DNA from: a virus | Lineage: Duplodnaviria > Heunggongvirae > Uroviricota > Caudoviricetes | Virus record (IMG/VR): IMGVR_UViG_3300022918_000010 | Length of the DNA stretch: 64,000 nt | Direction: 5' to 3' (one strand) | Shown: positions 37,327-46,947 of the stretch, in pieces | Position numbering within the stretch: position 1 is the first letter of the stretch | Layout: the number at the start of each line of letters is the position of its first letter | Notes under the pieces: generated by a model | What the model saw: only the letters and a program-made list of their open reading frames with translations | Told to the model about the DNA's origin: nothing | Databases searched by the model: none | Made by a program: the position numbers and the translations under genes

Positions 37327-38404
37327 AGAAAAGGTTCAGGAAGAAGCAATTACTGAAGCTTCAAAATATACAAAACGAACTCTTAATATAAGTATGAGAG
37401 TTGGTAAGACTAAGATAGGTCTTGAAGTAATAAATAAAATAGTTAAAGGAACTGAAGGTAAAGTATTAATAGTTGCTCCTAAGCTTTCAATCTTTAAAGG
37501 ATGGAAAGATGATATAAAGAAGTTTAATTATCATTACTTAAATGAACATATTGATTATGTAACATATAGATCATTTAGTAAATTGAAATTATCAGATTAT
37601 AAACTTATAGTATTTGATGAAATACATGCTCTTAAAATGAGTCATAATACTCAAGAATTATATACTTTTAAAGGAGAGGTATTAGGTCTTACTGGTACAC
37701 CACCAACAAATAAACATAGTGAGCAATATAAGATGATTAAGCATTATGCTCCTATTCAATATACTTATCATACTGAAGATGCAATAGATGCGGATATTCT
37801 TAATGATTATAGAATTATAGTACATATGATTCCTCTATCACAAAAGAGAGATATTCATGTAAAAACAGCTAAACATGATTTTTATACTAATGAAATAAAA
37901 GCTTATGAGTATGCTACGAAATCTGTAGAAGAGACTAGAACTTCTTGGGCTCATATAAATAGAATGAAGACAATGCAGAACTTTAAATCAAAAGAAGTAT
38001 ATGCTAAGAATCTTCTAGAAAAGATGGAACATAAATGTATTGTATTTGCTAACACTAAAGATCAAGCTGATAAATTATGTGATCACACATATCATAGTAG
38101 TAATTCAGAAAGTGAAGCTAATCTTCAATTATTTAAAATTGGAGTAATAGAAAAACTAGGATGTGTATTGCAATTATCTGAAGGAGTTACTATTCCTGGA
38201 CTTAAAGAATCTATTATATTACATGCTTTTGCATCAGATAATAAATTTTTACAAAGGTTTGCTAGAGCTCTTAATCTTACTACAGATGATATGTCTAATG
38301 TACATTTATTATGTTATAAAAATACAGTAGATGAGCAATGGATAGAAAAAGCTTTATCTAGTTTAGATCAGAGTAAAATTACATATAAGGAGTTTAAAGA
38401 TTAA
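37310..38404 (+). CDS. superfamily-2 (DEAD/SNF2-like) helicase
   Basis: motif I RVGKTKIG, motif II VFDEIHAL, motif III GLTGTPP, helicase-C-like region. Confidence 0.65.
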   Translation: MQNQNREKVQEEAITEASKYTKRTLNISMRVGKTKIGLEVINKIVKGTEGKVLIVAPKLSIFKGWKDDIKKFNYHYLNEHIDYVTYRSFSKLKLSDYKLIVFDEIHALKMSHNTQELYTFKGEVLGLTGTPPTNKHSEQYKMIKHYAPIQYTYHTEDAIDADILNDYRIIVHMIPLSQKRDIHVKTAKHDFYTNEIKAYEYATKSVEETRTSWAHINRMKTMQNFKSKEVYAKNLLEKMEHKCIVFANTKDQADKLCDHTYHSSNSESEANLQLFKIGVIEKLGCVLQLSEGVTIPGLKESIILHAFASDNKFLQRFARALNLTTDDMSNVHLLCYKNTVDEQWIEKALSSLDQSKITYKEFKD

Positions 38405-38406
38405 AT

Positions 38407-38808
38407 ATGGTCATTAAAGAATTATTCCATAGAATTTTAACAGATATAAAAGTTGATAAAGTAAATAATGAAATCATCTTTACAAGAGATGATGGAAAAC
38501 AGTTTAGAATGTATCATTCTCAGGATTGTTGTGAATCTGTTACTATTGATGATATTATAGGAGATATAAATGATCTTATTGGATATCCATTACATATGGC
38601 AGATGAGGAAACTAGTAATCTAGCTGAACCTACTAGAGATGATGAAGATGATTATAGTGTAGAATCATGTACTTGGACATTCTATAAGTTTGCTACTATT
38701 AAAGGATATGTAACTATAAGATGGTATGCTCAATCTAATGGTTATTATAGTGAGTCAGTATACATTAGTGAGATAAACGAAACAGAAGAAGATGAATTTG
38801 AATTATAA
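38407..38808 (+). CDS. hypothetical protein
   Basis: ORF track. Confidence 0.5.
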   Translation: MVIKELFHRILTDIKVDKVNNEIIFTRDDGKQFRMYHSQDCCESVTIDDIIGDINDLIGYPLHMADEETSNLAEPTRDDEDDYSVESCTWTFYKFATIKGYVTIRWYAQSNGYYSESVYISEINETEEDEFEL

Positions 38809-39193
38809 TTTTTTTGGTAGACTTAAGAAAGAGAATGGACAATTAGTCTATATTAAAGATAGAGATACGAAGGATTATGAGAAGTTTAAATCACTTATTC
38901 CCGAAGGAAGTTATGTTGATTTATATGCAGAGATTGTAGATGATGATGCTAACTTAGCCCAGTTATCAAAGATTCATGCTATGATTAGAGATTTATCTAG
39001 ACATACTGGTATAAGTACATCTGATCTTAAGTTAGTAATTAAACAGAAAGCTGGATTATGTATTACTAGAGAAAAAGAAGGAAAGGAGATATTTATCTGC
39101 CCTTCCTTCGGTGATGCATCTAAAGAAGATTTATCAGCTGCTATACAAGAATGTTATAATTTAGGTGATGAACTTAACTACCCATTGATGTAA
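38792..39193 (+). CDS. hypothetical protein
   Basis: ORF track. Confidence 0.5.
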   Translation: MNLNYNFFGRLKKENGQLVYIKDRDTKDYEKFKSLIPEGSYVDLYAEIVDDDANLAQLSKIHAMIRDLSRHTGISTSDLKLVIKQKAGLCITREKEGKEIFICPSFGDASKEDLSAAIQECYNLGDELNYPLM

Positions 39194-39449
39194 CATCCTT
39201 TTCTTCAGTTAAATTAGATTGCATAGCTGAGTCTTCAATAGCTTTGATTAGAAGAGCTAAAGTCTCATAATGAGTCATCCATTCACTTAAAGAAGTTTCT
39301 CCCTTGAGAGCATCTGTAAATGCCTGTACCTCTTCATCAGTCTTCTGATTCATAAAATAAACAAAAGCTTGTTGTAATTTATTTATAAAACTTGTTCCTA
39401 AGTTTAATGGAACAAGTGCGTCCTTTTTTATAACAGTTATATTATCCAT
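39174..39449 (-). CDS. hypothetical acidic protein, lone minus-strand gene
   Basis: only ORF covering the 267-bp gap left by + strand ORFs; start taken at MDNITVIKKD. Confidence 0.4.
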   Translation of the reverse strand: MDNITVIKKDALVPLNLGTSFINKLQQAFVYFMNQKTDEEVQAFTDALKGETSLSEWMTHYETLALLIKAIEDSAMQSNLTEEKDVTSMGS

Positions 39450-39460
39450 AATACAAATAT

Positions 39461-39709
39461 ATGAAAACATTATTAACAAAGGAATTACTTATAGAAAAAG
39501 GATTCTTATATAAAAGTGGTAAAGGCCCTAGTGGAGCAGATCAGTGGCAAGGAATGGACTTCTGGAAATTACCTTATGGAAGTAATAAAGAATTAGTTTT
39601 TAGAGGTCCAGCTAATCATTTATATTCTCAAGATGAGTTTAATGCTCAATTTGATAACTATGAAGAATTAGCTGATTTTATATTTAATAAGATTAAAAAA
39701 TTAATATGA
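39461..39709 (+). CDS. hypothetical protein
   Basis: ORF track. Confidence 0.5.
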   Translation: MKTLLTKELLIEKGFLYKSGKGPSGADQWQGMDFWKLPYGSNKELVFRGPANHLYSQDEFNAQFDNYEELADFIFNKIKKLI

Positions 39710-39897
39710 AAAATTTAGATAGTGAGTGGAAATACACTACAAAAGTAAATATAGCTCAAGCAGAGTTATTAGGTAGAATAGGATACTATAGACAAGGTGC
39801 ATCTGAGTTTCAGGAAAGACTTCTTAAAGTATTAGAAGATAGACAACCAGGTGATGAACCTGATATTATAACATTAGTTAAGGAATTAAAACCATGA
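39706..39897 (+). CDS. small protein, VKELKP paralog 1
   Basis: ends ...LVKELKP, as does its neighbour. Confidence 0.5.
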   Translation: MKNLDSEWKYTTKVNIAQAELLGRIGYYRQGASEFQERLLKVLEDRQPGDEPDIITLVKELKP

Positions 39898-40079
39898 GCC
39901 AATTAGATGAAAAATGGTTTAAAACTGCTGAAGAATTTGGTGAACACCCATTATCATATTTTGAGGGATGTGAAGATTTTCAGTCAACATTACTTAAAAA
40001 ATTAAAAAAAGTTAAAGAATTAAAAGCTATTGATTCAATAGATAATATTATTAAAATAGTAAAAGAATTAAAACCATGA
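39894..40079 (+). CDS. small protein, VKELKP paralog 2
   Basis: ends ...IVKELKP. Confidence 0.5.
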   Translation: MSQLDEKWFKTAEEFGEHPLSYFEGCEDFQSTLLKKLKKVKELKAIDSIDNIIKIVKELKP

Positions 40080-40342
40080 ATTATAACTGTGTAATATGCA
40101 ATTTTGAAATTGTAAATTTAGAACCATCATTAACTAAAGACAGACCTGAATCAGGTATGTATGATGGAGGAGTTGTAGATAAAATATCTGCTGGATATGG
40201 AAGTAGATTAGATGGTAATATGCATATTATAGCAATATGTGATAACTGTTTAAATGAGAAAACTTTAGCAGGTATTACTCCTTTTGTAGGAGACTATATG
40301 ATGCCTGATGTAAAAGAATATACTCCATTAAGAAATGATTGA
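40076..40342 (+). CDS. putative zinc-ribbon protein
   Basis: CVICNFE...CDNC. Confidence 0.45.
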   Translation: MNYNCVICNFEIVNLEPSLTKDRPESGMYDGGVVDKISAGYGSRLDGNMHIIAICDNCLNEKTLAGITPFVGDYMMPDVKEYTPLRND

Positions 40343-40751
40343 AAGAGAATACACTCCAGATAATATAGAATCATTACCAGATAATGGAATATTTGTATTT
40401 GGTAGTAATACAGAAGGTAGACATGGTAAAGGAGCTGCATTAGTAGCTAAACAAAAGTTTGGAGCTATATATGGTAAGTCATCTGGTTTACAAGGTAAAT
40501 CTTATGCTATTATAACTAAAGACTTAAAAAAAGGTTTAAAATCATATCCATTAACAGAAATATATATTCAATTATTATTTTTATTTCAGTTTGCTAATGA
40601 TAATTCTCAACTAAAGTTTTATGTAACTAAATTAGGTAGCTCTCTTGCGGGTTATACTATAGAAGAAATTAAAACTCTTATAGTAGATTTAGAAGATGAA
40701 ATAACAGATAATATAATACTACCAAAAGAATACGAATTTAGAGATGATTAA
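40335..40751 (+). CDS. hypothetical protein with Gly-rich nucleotide-binding-like N-terminus
   Basis: GIFVFGSNTEGRHGKGAALVAKQKFGAIYGKSSGLQGKSYAI; family not identified. Confidence 0.45.
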   Translation: MIEREYTPDNIESLPDNGIFVFGSNTEGRHGKGAALVAKQKFGAIYGKSSGLQGKSYAIITKDLKKGLKSYPLTEIYIQLLFLFQFANDNSQLKFYVTKLGSSLAGYTIEEIKTLIVDLEDEITDNIILPKEYEFRDD

Positions 40752-41448
40752 CATAGAAGAGATTAAAGAAAAACTTATAGATAAATTAAAATCATCAGGA
40801 TGGGCGTCAGTACTTAAGGGATTTATATACTCATCAGACTTTGTTAAGATTATAGAAGATCTAGAAAAAGAAGTTAATGATGGTAAGAGGTTTACTCCTG
40901 TACTAAAAGATGTATTTACTGCATTTGAAGAATGTAAATGGGAAGATCTTAGAGTAGTAATGATTGGACAAGATAGTTATCCTACTTTAGGAGTAGCAGA
41001 TGGACTAGCATTTAGTTGTAGTAAGACTAACAAAGAGCAACCTAGTTTAAGATATATGAGAGATGCAATACAAAGAACTGTATATGATCCAATACCTGAA
41101 CCTAGACAAACTGATTTAAGGTATTTAGCTAATCAGGGTGTATTATTAATAAATACAGCTCTTACTACTCAAATAGATAAACCAATGACTCATCAAAAGA
41201 TATGGTCAGCATTTATTGCATATACTTTAGATACTATTAGTAGTAATAAAAAAGATATTGTATTTGTTTTCTTAGGAAAAGAAGCTGCTAGTGTTGAAGG
41301 ATTAGTTAGTGATTTACATACTAAATATATAGTATCACATCCAATGTCAGCTGGATATAGTAATCAATTAGAATGGGATTGTAAAGATGTGTTTAATAAA
41401 GTAAATGAAAGTTTAGAACAAAATAAAATAACTCCAATAAAATGGTAG
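40744..41448 (+). CDS. ung: uracil-DNA glycosylase, UNG family
   Basis: VVMIGQDSYP (water-activating loop), GLAFS, QGVLLINTALT, VFVFLGKEA, SHPMSAGYS (His loop); near-collinear with E. coli Ung. Confidence 0.8.
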   Translation: MINIEEIKEKLIDKLKSSGWASVLKGFIYSSDFVKIIEDLEKEVNDGKRFTPVLKDVFTAFEECKWEDLRVVMIGQDSYPTLGVADGLAFSCSKTNKEQPSLRYMRDAIQRTVYDPIPEPRQTDLRYLANQGVLLINTALTTQIDKPMTHQKIWSAFIAYTLDTISSNKKDIVFVFLGKEAASVEGLVSDLHTKYIVSHPMSAGYSNQLEWDCKDVFNKVNESLEQNKITPIKW

Positions 41449-41798
41449 AACATAAGTTAATTACAAAAATAGTTGATGTAAGTGATTATAAAATAGGTGC
41501 AAAATTTAATTTTATTATAAAAGATAATCCTAGAATATCAACCATGAATTCTAGTCATTATGCAATTATTAAAGAAACACAGGTAACATACTATGATAGA
41601 TTAAGTAATCCGGGATTTTATATAGATATATATACTAAGAAAGATAAACTTGTAAAATCAAATGAATTTGGATTAATATATAGAACTGGATCAACATATA
41701 GTGGTTCATATAGTCCAGAATTATGTTATCTTGAACCAGATTATAATATTGATGATATATTAAATAATTTACAAATATTAGAACAAAACATAAAATGA
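41442..41798 (+). CDS. small protein, paralog family C (outlier copy)
   Basis: ...ILNNLQILEQNIK. Confidence 0.5.
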   Translation: MVEHKLITKIVDVSDYKIGAKFNFIIKDNPRISTMNSSHYAIIKETQVTYYDRLSNPGFYIDIYTKKDKLVKSNEFGLIYRTGSTYSGSYSPELCYLEPDYNIDDILNNLQILEQNIK

Positions 41799-42163
41799 TA
41801 GAAAAAGTAAAATTAACCATAACACAATTAATAGAAAATTTAAATTCAGGATTATCTTGGTTAAAAAAAGATGATAATGGAGCTGGTAGTATTCAACAAA
41901 AGTATGAAGCTACTGATATTCAGATACTTACTATACAGAAACATCCAGCATTAAAAGATGTTCAAGTTACTAAATATATATTTGAAATAGTTGATGATAC
42001 TAAGGCTACGGAAGATGTAGAAGAAAAAGTTTGTGATAATCAGGTAGTTATACCAGAACAACCAACTCCTCCTAGTTTAAGAATGGTTAAAGAAGGTGAA
42101 TTATTACAAAAAGGTCCTGGTATATATCTACATTCAGCTGAAGTAGAACAACAATTACCATAA
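41795..42163 (+). CDS. hypothetical protein
   Basis: ORF track. Confidence 0.5.
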   Translation: MIEKVKLTITQLIENLNSGLSWLKKDDNGAGSIQQKYEATDIQILTIQKHPALKDVQVTKYIFEIVDDTKATEDVEEKVCDNQVVIPEQPTPPSLRMVKEGELLQKGPGIYLHSAEVEQQLP

Positions 42164-43254
42164 TGGAACAAACAAAGTCAGATAGATATATAACTATAGA
42201 TACTAATCTTATTAATAAGAAAGAAGTATTCAAAATGCTGGCTTTAGCTCATTCATCTGGATTACCTGTCTTATTGATTGGTAATCCAGGTACTGGGAAA
42301 ACCAGGATAGCATTGGATTATGCTAAAGCATGGATAATGCAGAATATAGATAAGAGTAATAAACAAGAAATGACTCAAGCTTCTAATGACTATATGGATA
42401 AAGTATATATCTTAGAAACTGATGAAGGTACAAAGGCTTCTGAAATCAAAGGTACTCCTGATATAGAAAACATGTTTATTAATAACAAATACTCTTTAAA
42501 TACTCCTATAGCAGATGCAGAAATTATTATTGTTAATGAAATAGATAAAGCCTCTTCTGCTATTAGAAATAGTTTATTAGGTGTTATGAATGAGAAGTTC
42601 ATATTTAATGGTAAAGAGAAAATACCATGTAAATGGAAGCTTTTTATAGGTGCATGCAATGAGATCCCTAAAGAAGAGGAAGGATCACCATTTTGGGATA
42701 GATTTATTCTAAAGAAAGTAGTTAATAGAATATCTTCTTCAGATGTATTAAAATACTATGAAGGTGGAGAAAAGAGTTATAAAGAATATTTTGATATTAA
42801 CATTCCTACTAAAGAAGAGATTGATGATATAGAAGTAAATTCTAAAAAGTTAAATAAGTTTCTTACTGTAAGTTATAATAAATGTTCTGATAGGACTCTT
42901 ACCTTTATTCCAAAGCTTACTAAAATTATCAGTAAAGTATGGGAAGAGAATATAGATAAATCATTAATTAGATTAGCATCTATTATAGTTGGATCTGCTG
43001 CTGCTTCTGAGCTTCATAATAGTTTAATAAGTACTGAAGTAAAAAGTATATTAAATAAAATCGAAGTATTATATACAGTTACTGATCCTGTAGGAATTGA
43101 GGCTCATATGAATGAAATAGAAGCTTTAATTAAAGGTTATACTGCATCTAAAAAGATTGACAGTGATGATCTAATTATAATTGAAGATGCTATTACAGAA
43201 GTAATGAATAAACATCCTAGTAAAGCTCAAAATGATGATGACACACCATTTTAA
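42163..43254 (+). CDS. MoxR-like AAA+ ATPase (second copy)
   Basis: Walker A GNPGTGKT; IIIVNEIDKASSAIRNSLLGVMNEK resembles DEINRA...LLEAMEE. Confidence 0.65.
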   Translation: MEQTKSDRYITIDTNLINKKEVFKMLALAHSSGLPVLLIGNPGTGKTRIALDYAKAWIMQNIDKSNKQEMTQASNDYMDKVYILETDEGTKASEIKGTPDIENMFINNKYSLNTPIADAEIIIVNEIDKASSAIRNSLLGVMNEKFIFNGKEKIPCKWKLFIGACNEIPKEEEGSPFWDRFILKKVVNRISSSDVLKYYEGGEKSYKEYFDINIPTKEEIDDIEVNSKKLNKFLTVSYNKCSDRTLTFIPKLTKIISKVWEENIDKSLIRLASIIVGSAAASELHNSLISTEVKSILNKIEVLYTVTDPVGIEAHMNEIEALIKGYTASKKIDSDDLIIIEDAITEVMNKHPSKAQNDDDTPF

Positions 43255-44608
43255 AAAAGAGTTAGTAAGTCCTTATCTACATGAGATGGATAGTAATGCA
43301 TTAATTAATGCTATTAATGCTTATATCAATGATAATTCTAATAATAAGAAGTTTGTTCAGTTAATAACTAAATATAAGAAGACTGAAATACTTTCTCCAG
43401 ATGATATATTTAATCAAATAAGACAAATCTGGAGATCTTTTCCAAGATCAATTGTCAATGATATATATAATATATATTATAATCATATTGAGAATTTAAA
43501 GTTTGAACAAAGAACAGAACAAAATGGTAGTAAATATAGATTACTTGATAAAGCAAATGATCCTAATATAAAAGTTATTACTAATAATAATAGTATTAGA
43601 TCTATGATCTTTACTAGAGGACTTGTCCAATATTATTTAATTATGTTATCTACTATAGAGCAGTATGATAATGATAGTTTTCATGAGATAATGAAAGATC
43701 TTAAAGATAAAAGTGGATCTGCTGGATTAGAAGAGTTAAATGACTTACTTGAAGAACAAAATAGTTGGAATAAAATTATAAGTAATACTATTGATAAGGA
43801 CTCTAAGGAAAATATTGAAGAACTTTCTAAGATATATACTGAAAATGAGTTACAAGAAATGTGGGAAGAGTTAAAAATAACTACTGTTCCATCAAATGTT
43901 ATTAATAAAATGAATCTTCAAAGTCTTAAATTATTAGGATATGAGCTTAAAAAAGTAACAATGAGTCTTGGTTCTTTACAATCAAGTATTAAAAAGATAC
44001 TTAATAAGTCTATATCTTACTTTTCTTCTAAAGAAGAAGTTATTTATAATAATTTATTAGAAAGTGATAATTTGGATGGTTTAGAAGATTATCATTTACT
44101 TCATCCTAATTTAAAGAAATTATTTATTAATGACATCTTAGTAAAAGATGTAAAAAAAGTAGGTAAGGTAGATCTATATTTAGATGTATCTGGATCTATG
44201 GATGCATGGTCAGGATCTTACAATAAAGAAGGTAAATCAATTACTAAAATACATTTTGCTAAAGCATTCGTATTTAAGATGAAAGAACTAAACCTTATTA
44301 ATGATCTTTATGTTTTTGATACAGTTGTAGATAAGACAGGAAAAAGTATTCATGATATACTTTCTATAGAAAGTGGTGGAGGTACAAATATTAATGAAGT
44401 AGTTAAGCATATATCGAAGATTAATAGAAATGCAATTGTTCTTACTGATGCTGAAGACCATTGCAGTCTATACTCAAAATATACATATTTTATTGGAGTA
44501 AAAGGTGCAAATTTTAGCAGATTTGCTAATGGAGTAAAAAAACAATATGTTGAAAACAAACAAATTATAATATTTGATGGAATTAAAGTAGAAAATGTTG
44601 TTAAATAA
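43232..44608 (+). CDS. VWA domain protein (second copy)
   Basis: MIDAS motif LYLDVSGSMD in the C-terminal third. Confidence 0.6.
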   Translation: MMMTHHFKKELVSPYLHEMDSNALINAINAYINDNSNNKKFVQLITKYKKTEILSPDDIFNQIRQIWRSFPRSIVNDIYNIYYNHIENLKFEQRTEQNGSKYRLLDKANDPNIKVITNNNSIRSMIFTRGLVQYYLIMLSTIEQYDNDSFHEIMKDLKDKSGSAGLEELNDLLEEQNSWNKIISNTIDKDSKENIEELSKIYTENELQEMWEELKITTVPSNVINKMNLQSLKLLGYELKKVTMSLGSLQSSIKKILNKSISYFSSKEEVIYNNLLESDNLDGLEDYHLLHPNLKKLFINDILVKDVKKVGKVDLYLDVSGSMDAWSGSYNKEGKSITKIHFAKAFVFKMKELNLINDLYVFDTVVDKTGKSIHDILSIESGGGTNINEVVKHISKINRNAIVLTDAEDHCSLYSKYTYFIGVKGANFSRFANGVKKQYVENKQIIIFDGIKVENVVK

Positions 44609-44612
44609 TAAA

Positions 44613-44634
44613 GGGAGATATTATTCTCCCTTTT
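44613..44634. terminator. bidirectional terminator hairpin between convergent genes
   Basis: GGGAGA-TATTAT-TCTCCC followed by TTTTCTTT; overlaps the last codons of minus-strand gene 44621-44923. Confidence 0.55.
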
Positions 44635-44923
44635 CTTTAATTTTGTTATCTACATTTATATCTCCAGAATTTGTTGTTGCTACTGGAGTAGGACTGGCAT
44701 TCATAGTTGCTATCAACTCATCCTTTTTATTAGCTCCTTGACTGCTACCGAAGTAATATTGTAATACATTACTCATTGCAGCTACTATAGCAATTATTAC
44801 TTGAGGATCAGCTTTACGTTCATAAAAAGTAATTATAAAGAAATAAGCAAATGAGGATACAATTACTGTTGCTGCTAATATACCTTTAAAGTTATCTGGA
44901 ATCCATTTAAATCCTGTTTCCAT
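44621..44923 (-). CDS. holin-like membrane protein
   Basis: 2 TM plus hydrophilic C-terminus; adjacent to the hydrolase. Confidence 0.45.
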   Translation of the reverse strand: METGFKWIPDNFKGILAATVIVSSFAYFFIITFYERKADPQVIIAIVAAMSNVLQYYFGSSQGANKKDELIATMNASPTPVATTNSGDINVDNKIKEKGE

Positions 44924-45465
44924 TATGATTCATTTGATGATAAAGAACCAGTCTCATTAAGATATATTTTTCTTACACCTGCTGGTTGTGATGTTTTCCA
45001 ATGTGCTCTACGACATCCTTTTAGTCTATCTTTTGCTATAAATGCAAATCCAACAGCATTAGATTGGTTACCACCATATACTAAAAAAGCATTATCATTT
45101 TCTCCAATATAATATCCAACATGTCCACCACCAGGTCTAATAAATACTAAAGTATCTCCAAGAGATTCTTGACCTTTAGGTACAGCATCACCCCATGTTA
45201 ACCATGATAATGCAGAAAGTAGATCATATTTAGGTTTTTCTAACCAACCAGTTCTTTTAGCACATACACCTTTAAATAAACCACACCAAGGTATATCATC
45301 ATCTCCATACCAACCTGATACACCAACTTCTTTGGCCCAACTGGTTATATTAGGATTTGATCCTTTACCTACTTTTTCTAAAGTACCATAATGCTTTAAA
45401 GCTTCTTTTAATTCTAATGGTCCACTTTCTTTAAGTAACCATTGATATTTATTTGGTAGCATCAT
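44923..45465 (-). CDS. phage cell-wall hydrolase, TIGR02594/CHAP-NlpC-P60-like
   Basis: GSNPNITSW...DIPWCGLF...WLTWGDAV...GGGHVGYYIGE...YGGNQSNAV...GCRRA matches the TIGR02594 pattern (Cys/His). Confidence 0.75.
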   Translation of the reverse strand: MMLPNKYQWLLKESGPLELKEALKHYGTLEKVGKGSNPNITSWAKEVGVSGWYGDDDIPWCGLFKGVCAKRTGWLEKPKYDLLSALSWLTWGDAVPKGQESLGDTLVFIRPGGGHVGYYIGENDNAFLVYGGNQSNAVGFAFIAKDRLKGCRRAHWKTSQPAGVRKIYLNETGSLSSNES

Positions 45466-45745
45466 TTTTATCTTTTTGTTCTAATTGATTTAGTTTTTGA
45501 ATTAGAGCCCATTTATCTTTGATGAACTTGAGATATAAATCTCCACCACCAAATATCCAACAGAATATTATTGCAAAACTAAGTACAGATCCTAACCATG
45601 TACGTTGTACTAATGATAATTCTAAGTATCCTTTAGTTATTACTGTAAGTACAGCTATCATGTTTGGTAACAATACAGCAGAAATTGGACGCATTATTTG
45701 TATAAAGCGTAGTAACCAACTTGATTTCTCTTTTTCTGTATTCAT
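45449..45745 (-). CDS. small membrane protein (holin/antiholin-like)
   Basis: 2-3 TM; charged C-terminus. Confidence 0.45.
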   Translation of the reverse strand: MNTEKEKSSWLLRFIQIMRPISAVLLPNMIAVLTVITKGYLELSLVQRTWLGSVLSFAIIFCWIFGGGDLYLKFIKDKWALIQKLNQLEQKDKNDATK

Positions 45746-45747
45746 TA

Positions 45748-46377
45748 TTAACCATCTTGTTTTAATATCTTATATCGGTTACGTTTTTTAAGTCTCAACC
45801 ACTCAAGAAATAGAGTTAAACTAATGAATATGAATCCAAGACCTAATATTAAATATATTGCTAAATCACGTACTGTTATTATTAAGTTAGTCAATCCCTG
45901 TGATATTTTAGTTGCTTCTATATTAGTATTTTCAATTCTATTTACTGCGGATTGTAAAGAATCAATTCTTTTATCTTTAACAATTGATTGTAATAAAGAA
46001 GAATCTCTTTCTGTTGATGCTTTTTGATATTCTAATGTTTCTATATATCTTAAATTATTTATACTGTCTAACCTTTTACTTTGTCTTTGTAAGACGAATG
46101 TTAATGTAGATATATCTTTATAATTTGAGTTTTTTAAATCATCAGTATAAGGTTGTATAATACTAGCTATATATCTCCTAAAGGAAGTATCACGTTGAGC
46201 TTGTTCTTTTTTTGAAAGAGGTTGTCTTTCTACATATTTTATAACTGTATCTTGTTTTAAATGTATTAATGTTGTAGATGGTTTACTTTGTGTAATGCCT
46301 CCTCTTGTAGAAAATGCACAACTTACTACGATACATATAAAAGATACAATTAGTACTTTTTTCATCATTGCTATCAT
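45748..46377 (-). CDS. membrane-anchored coiled-coil protein (N-terminal signal/TM and C-terminal TM)
   Basis: hydrophobic N- and C-termini; could be a spanin-like component. Confidence 0.45.
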   Translation of the reverse strand: MIAMMKKVLIVSFICIVVSCAFSTRGGITQSKPSTTLIHLKQDTVIKYVERQPLSKKEQAQRDTSFRRYIASIIQPYTDDLKNSNYKDISTLTFVLQRQSKRLDSINNLRYIETLEYQKASTERDSSLLQSIVKDKRIDSLQSAVNRIENTNIEATKISQGLTNLIITVRDLAIYLILGLGFIFISLTLFLEWLRLKKRNRYKILKQDG

Positions 46378-46378
46378 A

Positions 46379-46942
46379 TTAGAGAAAAGGGATAAATTTT
46401 TTAAACAAACCTGTCTTTATACCAATCCCCAACAATAATACCAAACCAATGCCAATATATGTAAAGGTTAATTTATTTTTTGCAGATTTTAATTCTAAAT
46501 TTCTTACTTTTAAATTACTTTCTGTAATATTAAGCTGTTTAAGTGCTGTATCTCGTTCTACTTTTAACATAGATTCTAATTTAAGATCTCTAATATTATT
46601 AGTAATTGTTCTAGTAATTAATTTTTCTTTTGTTTTTACTGGATAATCAACTGTTAGAATCCCATTTTTACTAGTTACTGTAGCACCATTACTTGTTTTT
46701 TTAGTAAAATCAGGACATGGGGTATCTACAGTGTCTCTAATAATAGAATCCTTAGTTAAATATGTTATACTATCTTTAGAAATAGTTACAGTATCATTAA
46801 CACAAATCTTTAAATCTTCAATTAAGTACTTTTGTACTGCATTAAATGTTTTAGGATCTGTTTTAATTTTCTTTAAAGTACGATTAACTGAACTACATGA
46901 TGACAATATTAGAAGTAATAGTAGTATTATTGTTGGTTTCAT
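46379..46942 (-). CDS. lipoprotein with C-terminal TM segment
   Basis: MKPTIILLLLLILSSCSS lipobox; C-terminal IGIGLVLLLGIGI. Confidence 0.5.
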   Translation of the reverse strand: MKPTIILLLLLILSSCSSVNRTLKKIKTDPKTFNAVQKYLIEDLKICVNDTVTISKDSITYLTKDSIIRDTVDTPCPDFTKKTSNGATVTSKNGILTVDYPVKTKEKLITRTITNNIRDLKLESMLKVERDTALKQLNITESNLKVRNLELKSAKNKLTFTYIGIGLVLLLGIGIKTGLFKKFIPFL

Positions 46943-46947
46943 GATTA

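Noticed and set aside
40335-40751. Assigning gene 40335-40751 to a specific family (LOG/SLOG, DprA, RNase H, YbiA)
   Set aside because: The Gly-rich N-terminus is suggestive of a Rossmann-like nucleotide-binding fold. I could not match it convincingly to any one family by eye, so it is left as hypothetical.
4170-44559. Minus-strand ORFs nested inside + strand genes (4170-4352, 6359-6739, 8809-9018, 12022-12249, 17144-17383, 17444-17662, 20615-20833, 28977-29171, 29175-29357, 30430-30672, 34909-35100, 36544-36843, 41635-41820, 42390-42659, 44350-44559)
   Set aside because: All lie antisense within longer, motif-bearing + strand genes. They have low-complexity hydrophobic translations typical of AT-rich shadow ORFs.
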